Shown: positions 36,120 to 47,188 of the stretch, piece after piece
Layout: each line of letters begins with the position of its first letter
Position numbering within the stretch: the first letter of the stretch is position 1
Origin: Callorhinchus milii
Taxonomy: Eukaryota
DNA length: 64,000 bases
Direction: 5' to 3'
Assembly (NCBI RefSeq): GCF_018977255.1
Contig: NW_024704765.1
Span: 6,820,001 to 6,884,000 of the forward strand
Position numbers and translations under genes: made by a program
The notes under the pieces: model-generated
Seen by the model: the letters and a program-made list of their open reading frames with translations, nothing else
What the model was told of the DNA's origin: nothing
Database searches by the model: none

Positions 36120-37212
36120 TTCAGGGTCAGTGCGTTTGGGGTTGAGTGATTAGGGCCAGTCTCTAGGGTCAGTGTGTTTGGGGTCATTGTTTAGGGTCAG
36201 TGGGATTGGGGTCAGTGATTAGGATCAGTGTTTAGGGTCAGTGTTTGGGGGGGGGGGCGGTCAGTATTTAGGGTCAGTGATTTAGGTCAGTGTTTGGGGG
36301 GGGTCAGTATATAGGGTCAGTGTGTTTAGGGTCAGTGTTTGGGGGGGTCAGTATATAGGGTCAGTGATTAGGGTCAGTGTTTGGGGGTCAGTGATTAGGG
36401 TCAGTGTTTGAGGGGAGGGTCAGTATATAGGGTCAGTGATTAGGGTCAGTGTTTGGGAGGGGGGTCAGTATATAGGGTCAGTGATTAGGGTCAGTGTTGG
36501 GGGTCAGTGATTAGGGTCAGTGTTTGGGGGTCAGTGATTAGGGTCAGTGTTTGGGGGGGGTCAGTATATAGGGTCAGTGATTAGGGTCAGTGATTAGGGT
36601 CAGTGTTTGGGGGTCAGTGATTAGGGTCAGTGTTTGGGGGTCAGTGATTAGGGTCAGTGTTTGGGGGGAGGGTCAGTATATAGGGTCAGTGATTAGGGTC
36701 AGTGTTTGAGGGGGGGTCAGTATATAGGGTCAGTGATTAAGGTCAGTGTTTGGGGGTCAGTGATTAGGGTCAGTGTTTGGGGGTCAGTGATTAGGGTCAG
36801 TGTTGGGGGTCAGTGATTAGGGTCAGTATATAGGGTCAGTGATTAGGGTCAGTGTTTGGGGGTCAGTGATTAGGGTCAGTGTTTGGGGGTCAGTGATTAG
36901 GGTCAGTGTTTGGGGGGGGGTCAGTATATAGGGTCAGTGATTAGGGTCAGTTTTGGGGGGGGGTCAGTATATAGGGTCAGTGATTAGGGTCAGTGTTTGG
37001 GGGTCAGTGATTAGGGTCAGTGTTTGGGGGTCAGTGATTAGGGTCAGTGTTTGGGGGTCAGTGATTAGGGTCAGTGTTTGGGGGTCAGTGATTAGGGTCA
37101 GTGTTTGGGGGTCAGTGATTAGGGTCAGTGATTAGGGTCAGTGTTTGGGGGTCAGTATATAGGGTCAGTGTTGGGGGTCAGTGATTAGGGTCAGTGTTGG
37201 GGGTCAGTGTTT
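36120..37212. repeat. G-rich minisatellite of GGGTCAGTGATTA / GGGTCAGTGTTTG(n) / GGGTCAGTATATA units
   Basis: Dozens of 13-20 nt units, each starting GGGTCAGT, seen directly. Confidence 0.97.
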
Positions 37213-37944
37213 GGGGGGGAGGGGGGGGTGAGGGAGGCGGGGACACGGCCTTGCCCCCCCACCCCCGCCCCCACCCCTCTCCCCGCGGCCTGAAGCCCTG
37301 AGGGCGGGGGAAGCCGCGTCACCGCCCATCACAAAGCCCCGGGGGGGGAGGGGGGGGTAGTGAGTTCAGCGCGTCCCGAAAGCCAGGCCGAGGCTTGAGG
37401 TGCGGCCTAGTTGCTGCCCTCCTCCCCCCCTCTCCCCCCCTCCCCCCCCACACACACACACACCTGAGGGGGGGGGAGGGGGGTCCACCCTCCCGCCACA
37501 CACACACACACCCCCCGAGCCGAGCCGAGGCCTCGGTGTCCGGCCGCCATGCCGCCCGCCTCCCGCTGAGGCCGAGGCGGGTGGGGAGGGAGGGAGGGAG
37601 GGGCCATGTCCCGCAAGCAGGGGCGGGGGGGTCGGGGCAACCGGCCGACCGAACCCGCCGCCGCCGCCGCCGGCGGCAAGGCCCAGGCCCAGGCCCAGCC
37701 CGGGGCCGCCGCCGCCCGCAGGGCCCGAGCCCAGGCCCAGGCCCAGGCCCAGGAGCGGAGGAACCGCCCCCACGGCGGCCCCGCGCAGCGCCAACAGCAG
37801 CAACAGCGCGAGTTCCTCAGCTTCGCCAATCAACTCCAGGCCCTGGGCCTCAGGGTCCGCGAGGTCCCCGGGGACGGGTAAGAGAGGCCTCGCCCACCGC
37901 CCACCGCCGGCCACCGGCCACCCGGGTCCCGCTCACACCGGCAA
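37210..37944 (+). promoter_or_regulatory. GC/CpG-rich OTUD3 promoter and first-exon island
   Basis: Very high GC and CpG density and GC boxes around exon 1. Confidence 0.6.
37606..37877 (+). CDS. OTUD3: OTUD3 exon 1
   Basis: MSRKQ...[23 protein letters not shown]; donor GTAAGA. Confidence 0.93.
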
Positions 37945-40900
37945 NNNNNNNNNNNNNNNNNNNNNNNNNNNNNNNNNNNNNNNNNNNNNNNNNNNNNNNN
38001 NNNNNNNNNNNNNNNNNNNNNNNNNNNNNNNNNNNNNNNNNNNNNNNNNNNNNNNNNNNNNNNNNNNNNNNNNNNNNNNNNNNNNNNNNNNNNNNNNNNN
38101 NNNNNNNNNNNNNNNNNNNNNNNNNNNNNNNNNNNNNNNNNNNNNNNNNNNNNNNNNNNNNNNNNNNNNNNNNNNNNNNNNNNNNNNNNNNNNNNNNNNN
38201 NNNNNNNNNNNNNNNNNNNNNNNNNNNNNNNNNNNNNNNNNNNNNNNNNNNNNNNNNNNNNNNNNNNNNNNNNNNNNNNNNNNNNNNNNNNNNNNNNNNN
38301 NNNNNNNNNNNNNNNNNNNNNNNNNNNNNNNNNNNNNNNNNNNNNNNNNNNNNNNNNNNNNNNNNNNNNNNNNNNNNNNNNNNNNNNNNNNNNNNNNNNN
38401 NNNNNNNNNNNNNNNNNNNNNNNNNNNNNNNNNNNNNNNNNNNNNNNNNNNNNNNNNNNNNNNNNNNNNNNNNNNNNNNNNNNNNNNNNNNNNNNNNNNN
38501 NNNNNNNNNNNNNNNNNNNNNNNNNNNNNNNNNNNNNNNNNNNNNNNNNNNNNNNNNNNNNNNNNNNNNNNNNNNNNNNNNNNNNNNNNNNNNNNNNNNN
38601 NNNNNNNNNNNNNNNNNNNNNNNNNNNNNNNNNNNNNNNNNNNNNNNNNNNNNNNNNNNNNNNNNNNNNNNNNNNNNNNNNNNNNNNNNNNNNNNNNNNN
38701 NNNNNNNNNNNNNNNNNNNNNNNNNNNNNNNNNNNNNNNNNNNNNNNNNNNNNNNNNNNNNNNNNNNNNNNNNNNNNNNNNNNNNNNNNNNNNNNNNNNN
38801 NNNNNNNNNNNNNNNNNNNNNNNNNNNNNNNNNNNNNNNNNNNNNCCNNNNNNNNNNNNNNNNNNNNNNNNNNNNNNNNNNNNNNNNNNNNNNNNNNNNN
38901 NNNNNNNNNNNNNNNNNNNNNNNNNNNNNNNNNNNNNNNNNNNNNNNNNNNNNNNNNNNNNNNNNNNNNNNNNNNNNNNNNNNNNNNNNNNNNNNNNNNN
39001 NNNNNNNNNNNNNNNNNNNNNNNNNNNNNNNNNNNNNNNNNNNNNNNNNNNNNNNNNNNNNNNNNNNNNNNNNNNNNNNNNNNNNNNNNNNNNNNNNNNN
39101 NNNNNNNNNNNNNNNNNNNNNNNNNNNNNNNNNNNNNNNNNNNNNNNNNNNNNNNNNNNNNNNNNNNNNNNNNNNNNNNNNNNNNNNNNNNNNNNNNNNN
39201 NNNNNNNNNNNNNNNNNNNNNNNNNNNNNNNNNNNNNNNNNNNNNNNNNNNNNNNNNNNNNNNNNNNNNNNNNNNNNNNNNNNNNNNNNNNNNNNNNNNN
39301 NNNNNNNNNNNNNNNNNNNNNNNNNNNNNNNNNNNNNNNNNNNNNNNNNNNNNNNNNNNNNNNNNNNNNNNNNNNNNNNNNNNNNNNNNNNNNNNNNNNN
39401 NNNNNNNNNNNNNNNNNNNNNNNNNNNNNNNNNNNNNNNNNNNNNCACCCCCCCCATTACTCCAACACTCCCCCACACACACTCCCCCCATTACTCCAAC
39501 ACTCCCCCCCCACACACACCTCCCCATTACCCCAACCCCACCCCTACACCCCCTCCATTACCCCAACCCCTTCTCCCCCCACCCCCATTACCCCAACACC
39601 CAAGGAGGGTGATCAAAAGGAGGGTCGTGAGACGGGTCTAGAAGGAGACAAGGGAGGGGGGGGTGTGTGAGGCGGAGGGACTGCGGGGTGGAGTTTCAGA
39701 GGGCGGGGGGGGGGGGGGCAGAGTGGCTGAAGTGGGGCGAAGGAGGCGGGGGACATGAAGCAGGCCGGAGCGAGCGGGCGGGTTGGTAAGGGGTTAGGAG
39801 GTCGCAGAGGTAGCGGGGTGGGGGGGTCACACTCCCTTCTCCAGTGTCTCCCCCCCCCCCCAAACCGTTCCCCCATACCCCCCCCAAGTCACCCCATCCT
39901 CACTGCACTGTACCCCCGGCGGTGCCTGTCTGTGCCTGGGACCCGGTGTCCGGAGTGGTACACTGTGGTCAGAGAAACAATGGCTGATTTATTCCCTGAC
40001 TCGTGTGTGAGTGAGTAACCGACTAACGGGGGCTTGAAGGGGGTTTGGGGGTAAGGCGGGATCGTGGGAGGGAATGGAGGGGGGAGTCGGGAGGGCGGTG
40101 TTGGGGGGGGGCTCGAATAATCCCATTGAAATATGTAATTTCTTCGTGCGGCTTAAAGGAACTGCCTGTTTCGAGCCCTTGGCGACCAGTTGGAAGGCCA
40201 TTCTCGCAACCACTTGAAGCATCGGAGGGAGACAGTGGATTACATGGTCAAGCACAGGGAAGACTTTGAGCCGTTCGTGGAGGACGAGGTGCCTTTTGAC
40301 CGTTACGGTGAGTCTTCGAGGACTCAACCCTGGTCCTGCCGGGCGCGTTCAAGTCCTGGGGTGATGAGGTCCTACGTCAAACGCAAGGCTTGCTATTATT
40401 AATAACATTATTGTTGTTATCATCATCATCATGATTATTATTATTATTGGATGCTCCTCTTGACGCCTTGATCCACTGGAAGGGTTCGGGAACAATAGCT
40501 TTCCGGTAAACCGTCGGGAAGTTTCTCCCTGTTTCCTGCGGAGCTGGCTGGCCCAACGTTGCTGCCGCAGATACTGTGGCCCTGACACCAGGTCGTCTGA
40601 CGGGTCTCGGCGTGCGGTGGCCTGAGAAGCAGACGCAGTCCGAACAGTAATGTCACGGCTGGAGTGGAACTGAAGTTGTCTCGCGGCAAATGGCTCAGTC
40701 AGAGCCTTTGATTGGGTGGGGGGGGTTCCAACCCCGGGGTTTAGGGGGAGCACAGTCACCTCGGGGGACCCGGATGGTAATAGTACCAGGTGCCATAAGC
40801 CAACCCAATGGGGATATTGGTGAGGCAGAGCTGAACTTGGCTCCCAGCGAGACCCTATCATGTTTTTTTTGTGTGTGTGTGTGTTTCTAGTCATGAATCT

Positions 40901-43900
40901 GGAAAAGCCGGGTACGTTTGCTGGTAACGATGCCATCGTCGCCTTTGCCAGGAACGCCCAAGTGAATATAGTCATCCACCAGCTCAACGCACCGCTCTGG
41001 CAGGTAACGCACACCGTGCCTCGGGAGTTGCACGCTCACGGAAACCAGGACCGTGCCCTTTGGTCCTCAAGTGGTGACGTCGGCTACAGCGGTTTTTGGT
41101 GGTCGCGCTTTCAGCCCCTACTCTCCCTCCGTCCCTCCATCCGTCCTCGCCCCGTTCCTTCGCCCCGTCTTCAAGTCCCGCCTGAAAAACTTCCTCTTCG
41201 AGCGTGCCTACGGTCACCTCCCGCCTCTCCCTTCCCTTCCTTCCCCCCCACCCCCACCCCCCGCCACTGTCGAGCGCTGCCCAGCTTGTGGGGTTGCTGT
41301 ACAAACTCAAAATGGTCACTGTTGTGTTTACTCCGGGAACGGAAGCCGCACAACACTCGCGCACGAATAAACCTTGTTGTTGTGAATGAGTCACCCAGTT
41401 CTCTGCCAGTGATAAATACAGTATTGTCCTCGGCTTCCTCTGCAACTGTTTTTTAATTATATATATATATATATGTGGAAGATCTTTCAAATGCTTGGAA
41501 TTGAGCGATGGATTTCCTTCCTAGTGTGATTTGGCATGAGTGCGTGTGGGTGGGTGGTGTCTCGTTGATTAAACAAGCAATAACAGCTTGCGTATGCAGC
41601 TCGGGTCACATAAAGATAATGTGCCGGAGCGAAGGCTTCGCGGGGTTAGTGTCGGGCACTGAGCAAAGTGGGAGGGGACCGTAGGCAAGGTCAAAGAGAT
41701 TGGTTTTTGGTGGAGGGATTTAGCGCGCGAGAGAGAGAGAGAGAGAGAGGGTGAGCCAGAGAGGTAGAGCTGAGGAGTTCCAAAGGGAGTGTGCGTAGTA
41801 AAACCGGGAAATTATCCAAGTTCAATGATGTGTCATGTTTCATGACCCATCAAATCTCGCACTGGCCATAAAATGTTGCAGCACAGAAATGGCCCTCTTC
41901 CGGAGGAACAGGAGGAGGAGGCCATTCAGCTCCTCGAGCCTGTTCTGCCATTCAGTTAGATCATGGCTGATCTGTACCTCAACTCCAATGACCTGCCTTT
42001 GCTCCATAGCCCTTGAAACCTTAACCTAACATAAGTCTATCCACTTCAGTCTCAAAAATTTGAATGGATCCAGCATCCACAGCCACTTGAGTCACCTAAT
42101 CTAGTCACACTTTCCCGCATTTCTCCCCCCCCCCCACCCCACCTCCCACCAATTCCTTTTAATCTCAATTCTCCTTCAACGAATTGATGAATTAGTAAAT
42201 GCTACATTGTGTAGCGCGAATCCCACATTCCAACCACCCTCCGTTTAAATGTTTTTCTTACCTCCCTTTCGCGTTTTTTTTTCTTTTTTGGGGGTGGGGG
42301 GGGGAATCGTCTTAAAATTTATGCCTTCTCATTTACCGATAGAACGAATAAGATAATCCTTGTTTACTCCCATCGTAAACCTTTCACGCGGGGCAGCATC
42401 CGGGAGCGCGGAGATGTCTCGACGACATGATAGGGGCAGCATCGAAGTGCAAAGATTGTTATTTTGCTCTATCTCGATGCTGGATTTCGCAATGTTCTTG
42501 GCAACGGATGAGAGAACGTGTGTGGGGATGTGTGTGAGAAACACGGCTTCAGTGACTGCATTGAGAGCCCTTTAGCGCTGACTCAGTCCTTCTAATGCCG
42601 CAGGTTCCCGGAGCGCGGAAGGGCCACGCAGCAGAGCTCCACATCGCCTACAGATACGGGGAGCACTACGACAGCGTCCGAAAGATTAACGATAATTCAG
42701 AAGCGCCGGCTAATCTAAAGACAGAGGTCGGTGCCACCGAGAAGGTTTCATTCAAAAGCCTCTGCACTCTGTTTTACTTTCAGGAACAGCAACACTCGGT
42801 TTCTGTTTTGTAAAACATTCTCTGCTGGCGGGGGTAATAATCCCTTCAAAATAATAATAGTAATAATAATTTGGCCACTGTTTGTGGGGACGCTGCTGTG
42901 CGCAATTGGCTGCCACGTTTCGCCCACAAAATATTACAGTCAATTCACTTTGCAGTATATTCTGTGAAGCGCTTTGAGACGTCTCAAAGACGCGATAAGA
43001 CGCTACATCAAATGCAAGGATTATTATTATTCATTGATTGATTACCATAAGATTCTCTCATTAACTTTTCAAGCTGTTAGGCATCAACTGGAGACGAGAA
43101 AAATCTGTTGGCTCACCTGGCTTGGGCTCACCAAGAAAACATATAAACCAGATAACCCCAGGCCACTCCATCTCTTGTACTCCCTCCTCAACTGAATTCT
43201 TTGCCAAATAGCTGACTTAATTAATACCTTCTCTGAATTTCTTGACACAATTCCTGTCACCTCGAGGGCGGGTCGGGCCTTGCGTTCGGTCTCTTGTCTC
43301 GCGCTCAACCTCGGTGTACCCGCCCACAGATGCTGATCAAGGACGATTCGAAGAAGAAAGACGGGAACACGACATGCAATTATCGGGCCGAAGACATACG
43401 GGATTTTGAGAGCGAACCGACCGAGACGGAGGTGGACGACGCAGTTCAGAAAGTGCGCAATGCGACGGGGTGCACGGTAAGTTTCTCCCTCAAAACACAT
43501 ACAAGTCACTGGGCTCTGCGATATGTTCTGTGAAGTGCTTTTAGATGTCTCAGTGAAGTGATAAGGTGCTTACATCAAATGCGAGCACCTTATCACTCGT
43601 ATGATATAATTATGTTATATTATGCACTTTTCTTGCAGGACACGGATTTAATTGTTCAGAGTCTGGAGGTGGAAAGCTATAACATAGAGTCAGCTATTGC
43701 CGCCATCTTACAGATGCATGAGTTGCCAAATTACGGTGAGTGGATCCACCCTGGTCTCAATCAGTCTCAATTTAAAAGGACTTTTCGCGAATCTATGCCA
43801 GGAAGATATAATTTCCACTCTTCCACTAATTCATTTATTTATTTATTTTTGGGGTGGGGGTGGGGGAGGTGGTTCCACGTTCTCTGTCGAGCTCTTTTTG

Positions 43901-45367
43901 CCCCCAGCGCCTTGGGATGTCCTCCCGACATGAAAGCAAATGTTTTCGCACGAATGTCAACGTACAGTTAGTCCTCGCGAGCAGACTAGGGGCTTTTTGT
44001 ACTGCGCTTTTACGTGACTCTTGTTTTATTAGCTTCCGATACAATCTCGAGTCGTAACTTTATGGTGGGTGTTTGTCTGTTCGGGAGACCAATTCCCACA
44101 CAACAGACTGTTGACTTACTGGTACGTTCCAGTCATAAAAGTGAATACTTCTGTTTATTGCTCCTGCTCTGTGAGATTTACTCAAAGTACAGCAACTGTT
44201 TATTGACCAAAAACATCCTGACATATTGGTGGGTGGGGGAGGAGGGGAGATTTTGCATTGCTGGGATGGAAAGTTTTACTTCGGAACATTATTCTAAATG
44301 GTCTTCTGGACTAGAAGGGGGTGTGCGGAGGGAGTGTGGGGGGCGGGGGTCCAACCTTTTAGCTGCTGAGGCCCGGATGCCCTATTTGAGAAATGTCCGT
44401 GGGCCGAAAAAGCAACATTTTTGTGTTTGCGTTCCAGAAACAGAACATAACATTTACGGGTTTATGGAGGGAGCGGGTGGGCAGGTGAAATGGAGGGAGG
44501 GGGTGGGCTGGGGGCCGGATTTGGCCCGCGGGCCGCCAATTGGATCACCCTGTTCGAAGACAGCAACAAAAATGACATTTGTAGAGCGCCTTTCACGTCA
44601 GAAGGATGTCCCGCGGCGCTGAGGGCATAGCCTAATAGCTTCCTGTGCACCTTCTGCTTGTTGTCTAACCCCGTTGCCCTGACAGGAATCTCTGTGACCC
44701 TGTTCTCTCGCTGAATTAGATGCCGATGACAAGACATGTACGAGAGGCTGTAACAGTGACTGTCAGTGTCGGTCTCCACTGTGGATGGAGAACGGAAGCG
44801 GCTCCAGGATTTTCGGCCCCCATGTAGCCGACGTGGGAGAAAAGGAGAATAACAGGACGCTAAATGAGAAGGAGGACAACAAAAGAAGCAAGAATAAGCC
44901 GTCAAAGGTATGTTTCTTTTTCTTGGGTCAGCCGGGAGTCTGACACGCACGGAAACCTATGGCTGTGCTTGAGCGTTTCCGAGCCCAACTGAGAATTCCG
45001 TGCATCCCACCTACACGTGGAGACTCTAGAGTTAGATGAAAAGCGTGTTAAACTGTGTGCGCGCGTGTGTGTTTGTGTGTGAGAGCCTGTGGGCATGCAC
45101 GTGTGTGTGGAGTAGAGATGTCCTGATGCAAAAGGCGCCATATCGAACGTAAGGACTGTTGTTGTTATTATTAATCTGCCGTTTTCTCTCTCGTTAAAAC
45201 CCGAGGTGACAAACAGGCAGAGAAAAGAGCAGCAAAGGCTGGAGAGGAAGAAACGGCAGGAGGAAAGGCATCGGCAAAAGTTCCTGGACTGCAAGAGCAA
45301 CAATGAAGGCGCAGAGGCTCAGGCACCAGTCACTCTGGTTAAGACATTCGCCACTTTAAACATTTGA
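37606..45367 (+). CDS. OTUD3: OTU deubiquitinase 3, whole gene, 8 coding exons, about 416 aa
   Basis: Exons 37606-37877, 40159-40307, 40891-41003, 42604-42726, 43330-43476, 43639-43735, 44720-44907, 45206-45367 (1251 nt, all GT-AG). Catalytic PGDGNCLFRAL and YGEHYDSV motifs, UBA-like region, C-terminus [12 protein letters not shown]. Confidence 0.96.
37945..39445. other. Assembly gap (N run) in OTUD3 intron 1
   Basis: About 1.5 kb of N with an isolated 'cc' at 38846-38847. Confidence 0.99.
39446..39600. repeat. C-rich minisatellite (CCCCCCATTACYCCAAC...) at the gap edge
   Basis: Tandem degenerate units. Confidence 0.85.
40159..40307 (+). CDS. OTUD3: OTUD3 exon 2
   Basis: [29 protein letters not shown]...[14 protein letters not shown]. 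Confidence 0.96.
40891..41003 (+). CDS. OTUD3: OTUD3 exon 3
   Basis: [35 protein letters not shown]. Confidence 0.96.
42604..42726 (+). CDS. OTUD3: OTUD3 exon 4
   Basis: [31 protein letters not shown]. Confidence 0.96.
43330..43476 (+). CDS. OTUD3: OTUD3 exon 5
   Basis: MLIKDDSKK...[16 protein letters not shown]; donor GTAAGT. Confidence 0.92.
43639..43735 (+). CDS. OTUD3: OTUD3 exon 6
   Basis: [26 protein letters not shown]. Confidence 0.93.
44720..44907 (+). CDS. OTUD3: OTUD3 exon 7
   Basis: ...[14 protein letters not shown]...[10 protein letters not shown]; donor GTATGT. Confidence 0.88.
45206..45367 (+). CDS. OTUD3: OTUD3 exon 8 (last coding exon)
   Basis: [25 protein letters not shown]...[12 protein letters not shown] followed by TGA. 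Confidence 0.94.
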   Translation: MTNRQRKEQQRLERKKRQEERHRQKFLDCKSNNEGAEAQAPVTLVKTFATLNI

Positions 45368-45717
45368 TGCACTGCCTTCTTTCTGGGAGTGAGCAGCAGC
45401 GAACGAACACACACACACTCACACACACTCACACCTGAGAATGAAACCTGCTTTACTATCTAGTCGCCCGACTTGGGGAGGAGAGAAGAGGCGAGGCGAA
45501 GAGAGGGATGCAAGTTTACTGCCGTGTAACCGTTGCTGCTTCAATTACGAGTAATTTTGACTTCACAAAAGCCGGCGTCTTTTGAAAGTCCTTTGAAAAA
45601 CGGACTCTTTGTGTTTGTTCCTTTCGTTTGTTTTTGTATCCTTAGTTGAAAACCGAAAAATCAGAGGAGGGGTTGCATATGTGCATGTCCGAGGTTGTAT
45701 ATTTATTACACTATGCA

Positions 45718-45723
45718 ATTAAA
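45718..45723 (+). terminator. Candidate OTUD3 polyadenylation signal (ATTAAA)
   Basis: ATTAAA about 350 nt after the stop, following a U-rich 3' UTR-like stretch. Confidence 0.4.
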
Positions 45724-45804
45724 AAGTGATGATTCAAGAAAAATAAGAGAGAGATGAAAGTGTTTAGGCTGTTATTATTATCAGTAGTAAGTCGATTTCC
45801 GGGA

Positions 45805-46120
45805 GTAATACTGTAAAGTGAATTGACTGCATATATTTTATGGGCGAAAGCCAATTGCACACAGCAGCGTCCCCACAAACAGTCGTGGATTTGAGTGATC
45901 AAATTATTATTATTACTTTAATTGAGAGGGATTACCACCCCAAGAAAAGCGATCCGCCAATCGATTTAACAACCGGGTTCCTACTTGCTGCAAGTGCTGA
46001 GGCGTGTGTTTGTGTGCGTGGAGTAAGGAAACTTGCCTGAGGTTTTGCTCTGCCCGGGTAAAGTCGAACCCAGGTCCTCTCGCTTGCGAGGCGAGGGCTC
46101 TAAACACTACGTTACGGGGA
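45805..46120 (-). mobile_element. Same SINE family between OTUD3 and RNF186
   Basis: Reverse body and tRNA head. Confidence 0.85.
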
Positions 46121-46344
46121 CCCCACAAAGGTATGTAAATGTTGGTATTTTCGACTAGATTATCAGCATTACAGATTGAAGAGTTGACAAATATTGGTCA
46201 CGAGTGACACCCTCAAACATCCAGCTGAACTTTGTCAACCAATGCCATAAAGCCGTTCCATGTAGTTACACTTTACTCCTGGATTATAGCGCAGTGGCCA
46301 ACGTCACAACAGTAAGACACACAGTTTTTGTTTGATTTATTGGA

Positions 46345-46395
46345 GTCACGTGAATGCGGGAATCAAGGCCTGACGTAACGGAGCCATAAAATAAA
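46345..46395 (+). promoter_or_regulatory. Candidate RNF186 proximal promoter
   Basis: GTCACGTGA (46345), TGACGTAA (46371) and CATAAAA (46385), about 130 nt upstream of the ATG. Confidence 0.35.
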
Positions 46396-46516
46396 CGCTT
46401 GCGAGTTCGGTTAGGGTGGTGGCTGGACCTCTCTCTGTCTCGAGAGAGAGAGAGAGAGATCGGGCTGCACTCGCTGGGCAGTCTGAGCTGGGCCGGGGTC
46501 TGGAGGGTTTAAGATC

Positions 46517-47188
46517 ATGGCCGAGACGCAGGTGGACTTCGATGGAGATGGCGATGTGGCTCTCTCGGAGCTGGAGTGTCCCGTGTGCTTCAACAGCTAC
46601 GAGTTCTTTGTCCGCAAGCCCAAGCTGTTGGCCTGCCAGCACGGCTTCTGTGCCATCTGCCTCAAAGTCATCCTGGAGGAGAAGGACGGTTGCTGGGTGG
46701 TGCCTTGCCCTCTGTGCAGGCGTTACACTCTGGCCCTGGACGCTTCCGTGGCCAACTTGCCGGACAACCCCCGGGTCGTGGACCTACTCTCCAGGAGGAC
46801 GTGCCCTTTCCCCGAGTCCGTCCCCGAGGTACTCCTCGTTCCGCACCTGCTTCTGCCGATGGCGGACGCCGGGGTCGGGGGCGAAGTCCCGGAGGTCAGA
46901 GAGGACCTCGACTTTCACGTGGACCAGGGCGAGATCTTGCTCGCCGGCTGTGCCGAAAGCGCCACCAAGCGCTTCCTGTTGACCCTGATCTTCTTCCTGA
47001 TCATCGTGCTCGCGGTCCAGTATTTCGTCAATAAAGCGTCTCTCGTCTGGGTGACTGTGGTGCTGGGCTCGCTCAGTGCCCTCATCACGTTAACCCTGCT
47101 CTACAGCTGCTGTCAGAAGAGAGGCCACAGACGACTGGGCGCATCCTGCAACTGTAACTGTCCGTGTCTCCCCGCGACCAACAACTGA
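46517..47188 (+). CDS. RNF186: RING finger E3 ubiquitin ligase RNF186-like; single exon, two C-terminal TM helices
   Basis: LECPVC...PKLLACQHGFCAICLK...W..PCPLCR C3HC4 RING closely matching RNF186; two hydrophobic segments near the C-terminus; good Kozak context (ATCATGG); adjacent to OTUD3 as in human 1p36.13. Confidence 0.85.
   Translation: MAETQVDFDGDGDVALSELECPVCFNSYEFFVRKPKLLACQHGFCAICLKVILEEKDGCWVVPCPLCRRYTLALDASVANLPDNPRVVDLLSRRTCPFPESVPEVLLVPHLLLPMADAGVGGEVPEVREDLDFHVDQGEILLAGCAESATKRFLLTLIFFLIIVLAVQYFVNKASLVWVTVVLGSLSALITLTLLYSCCQKRGHRRLGASCNCNCPCLPATNN

Noticed and set aside
37395-39670. ORFs of 540-756 aa spanning the N run
   Set aside because: Artefacts of translating through the gap; the isolated 'cc' at 38846-38847 carries no usable information.
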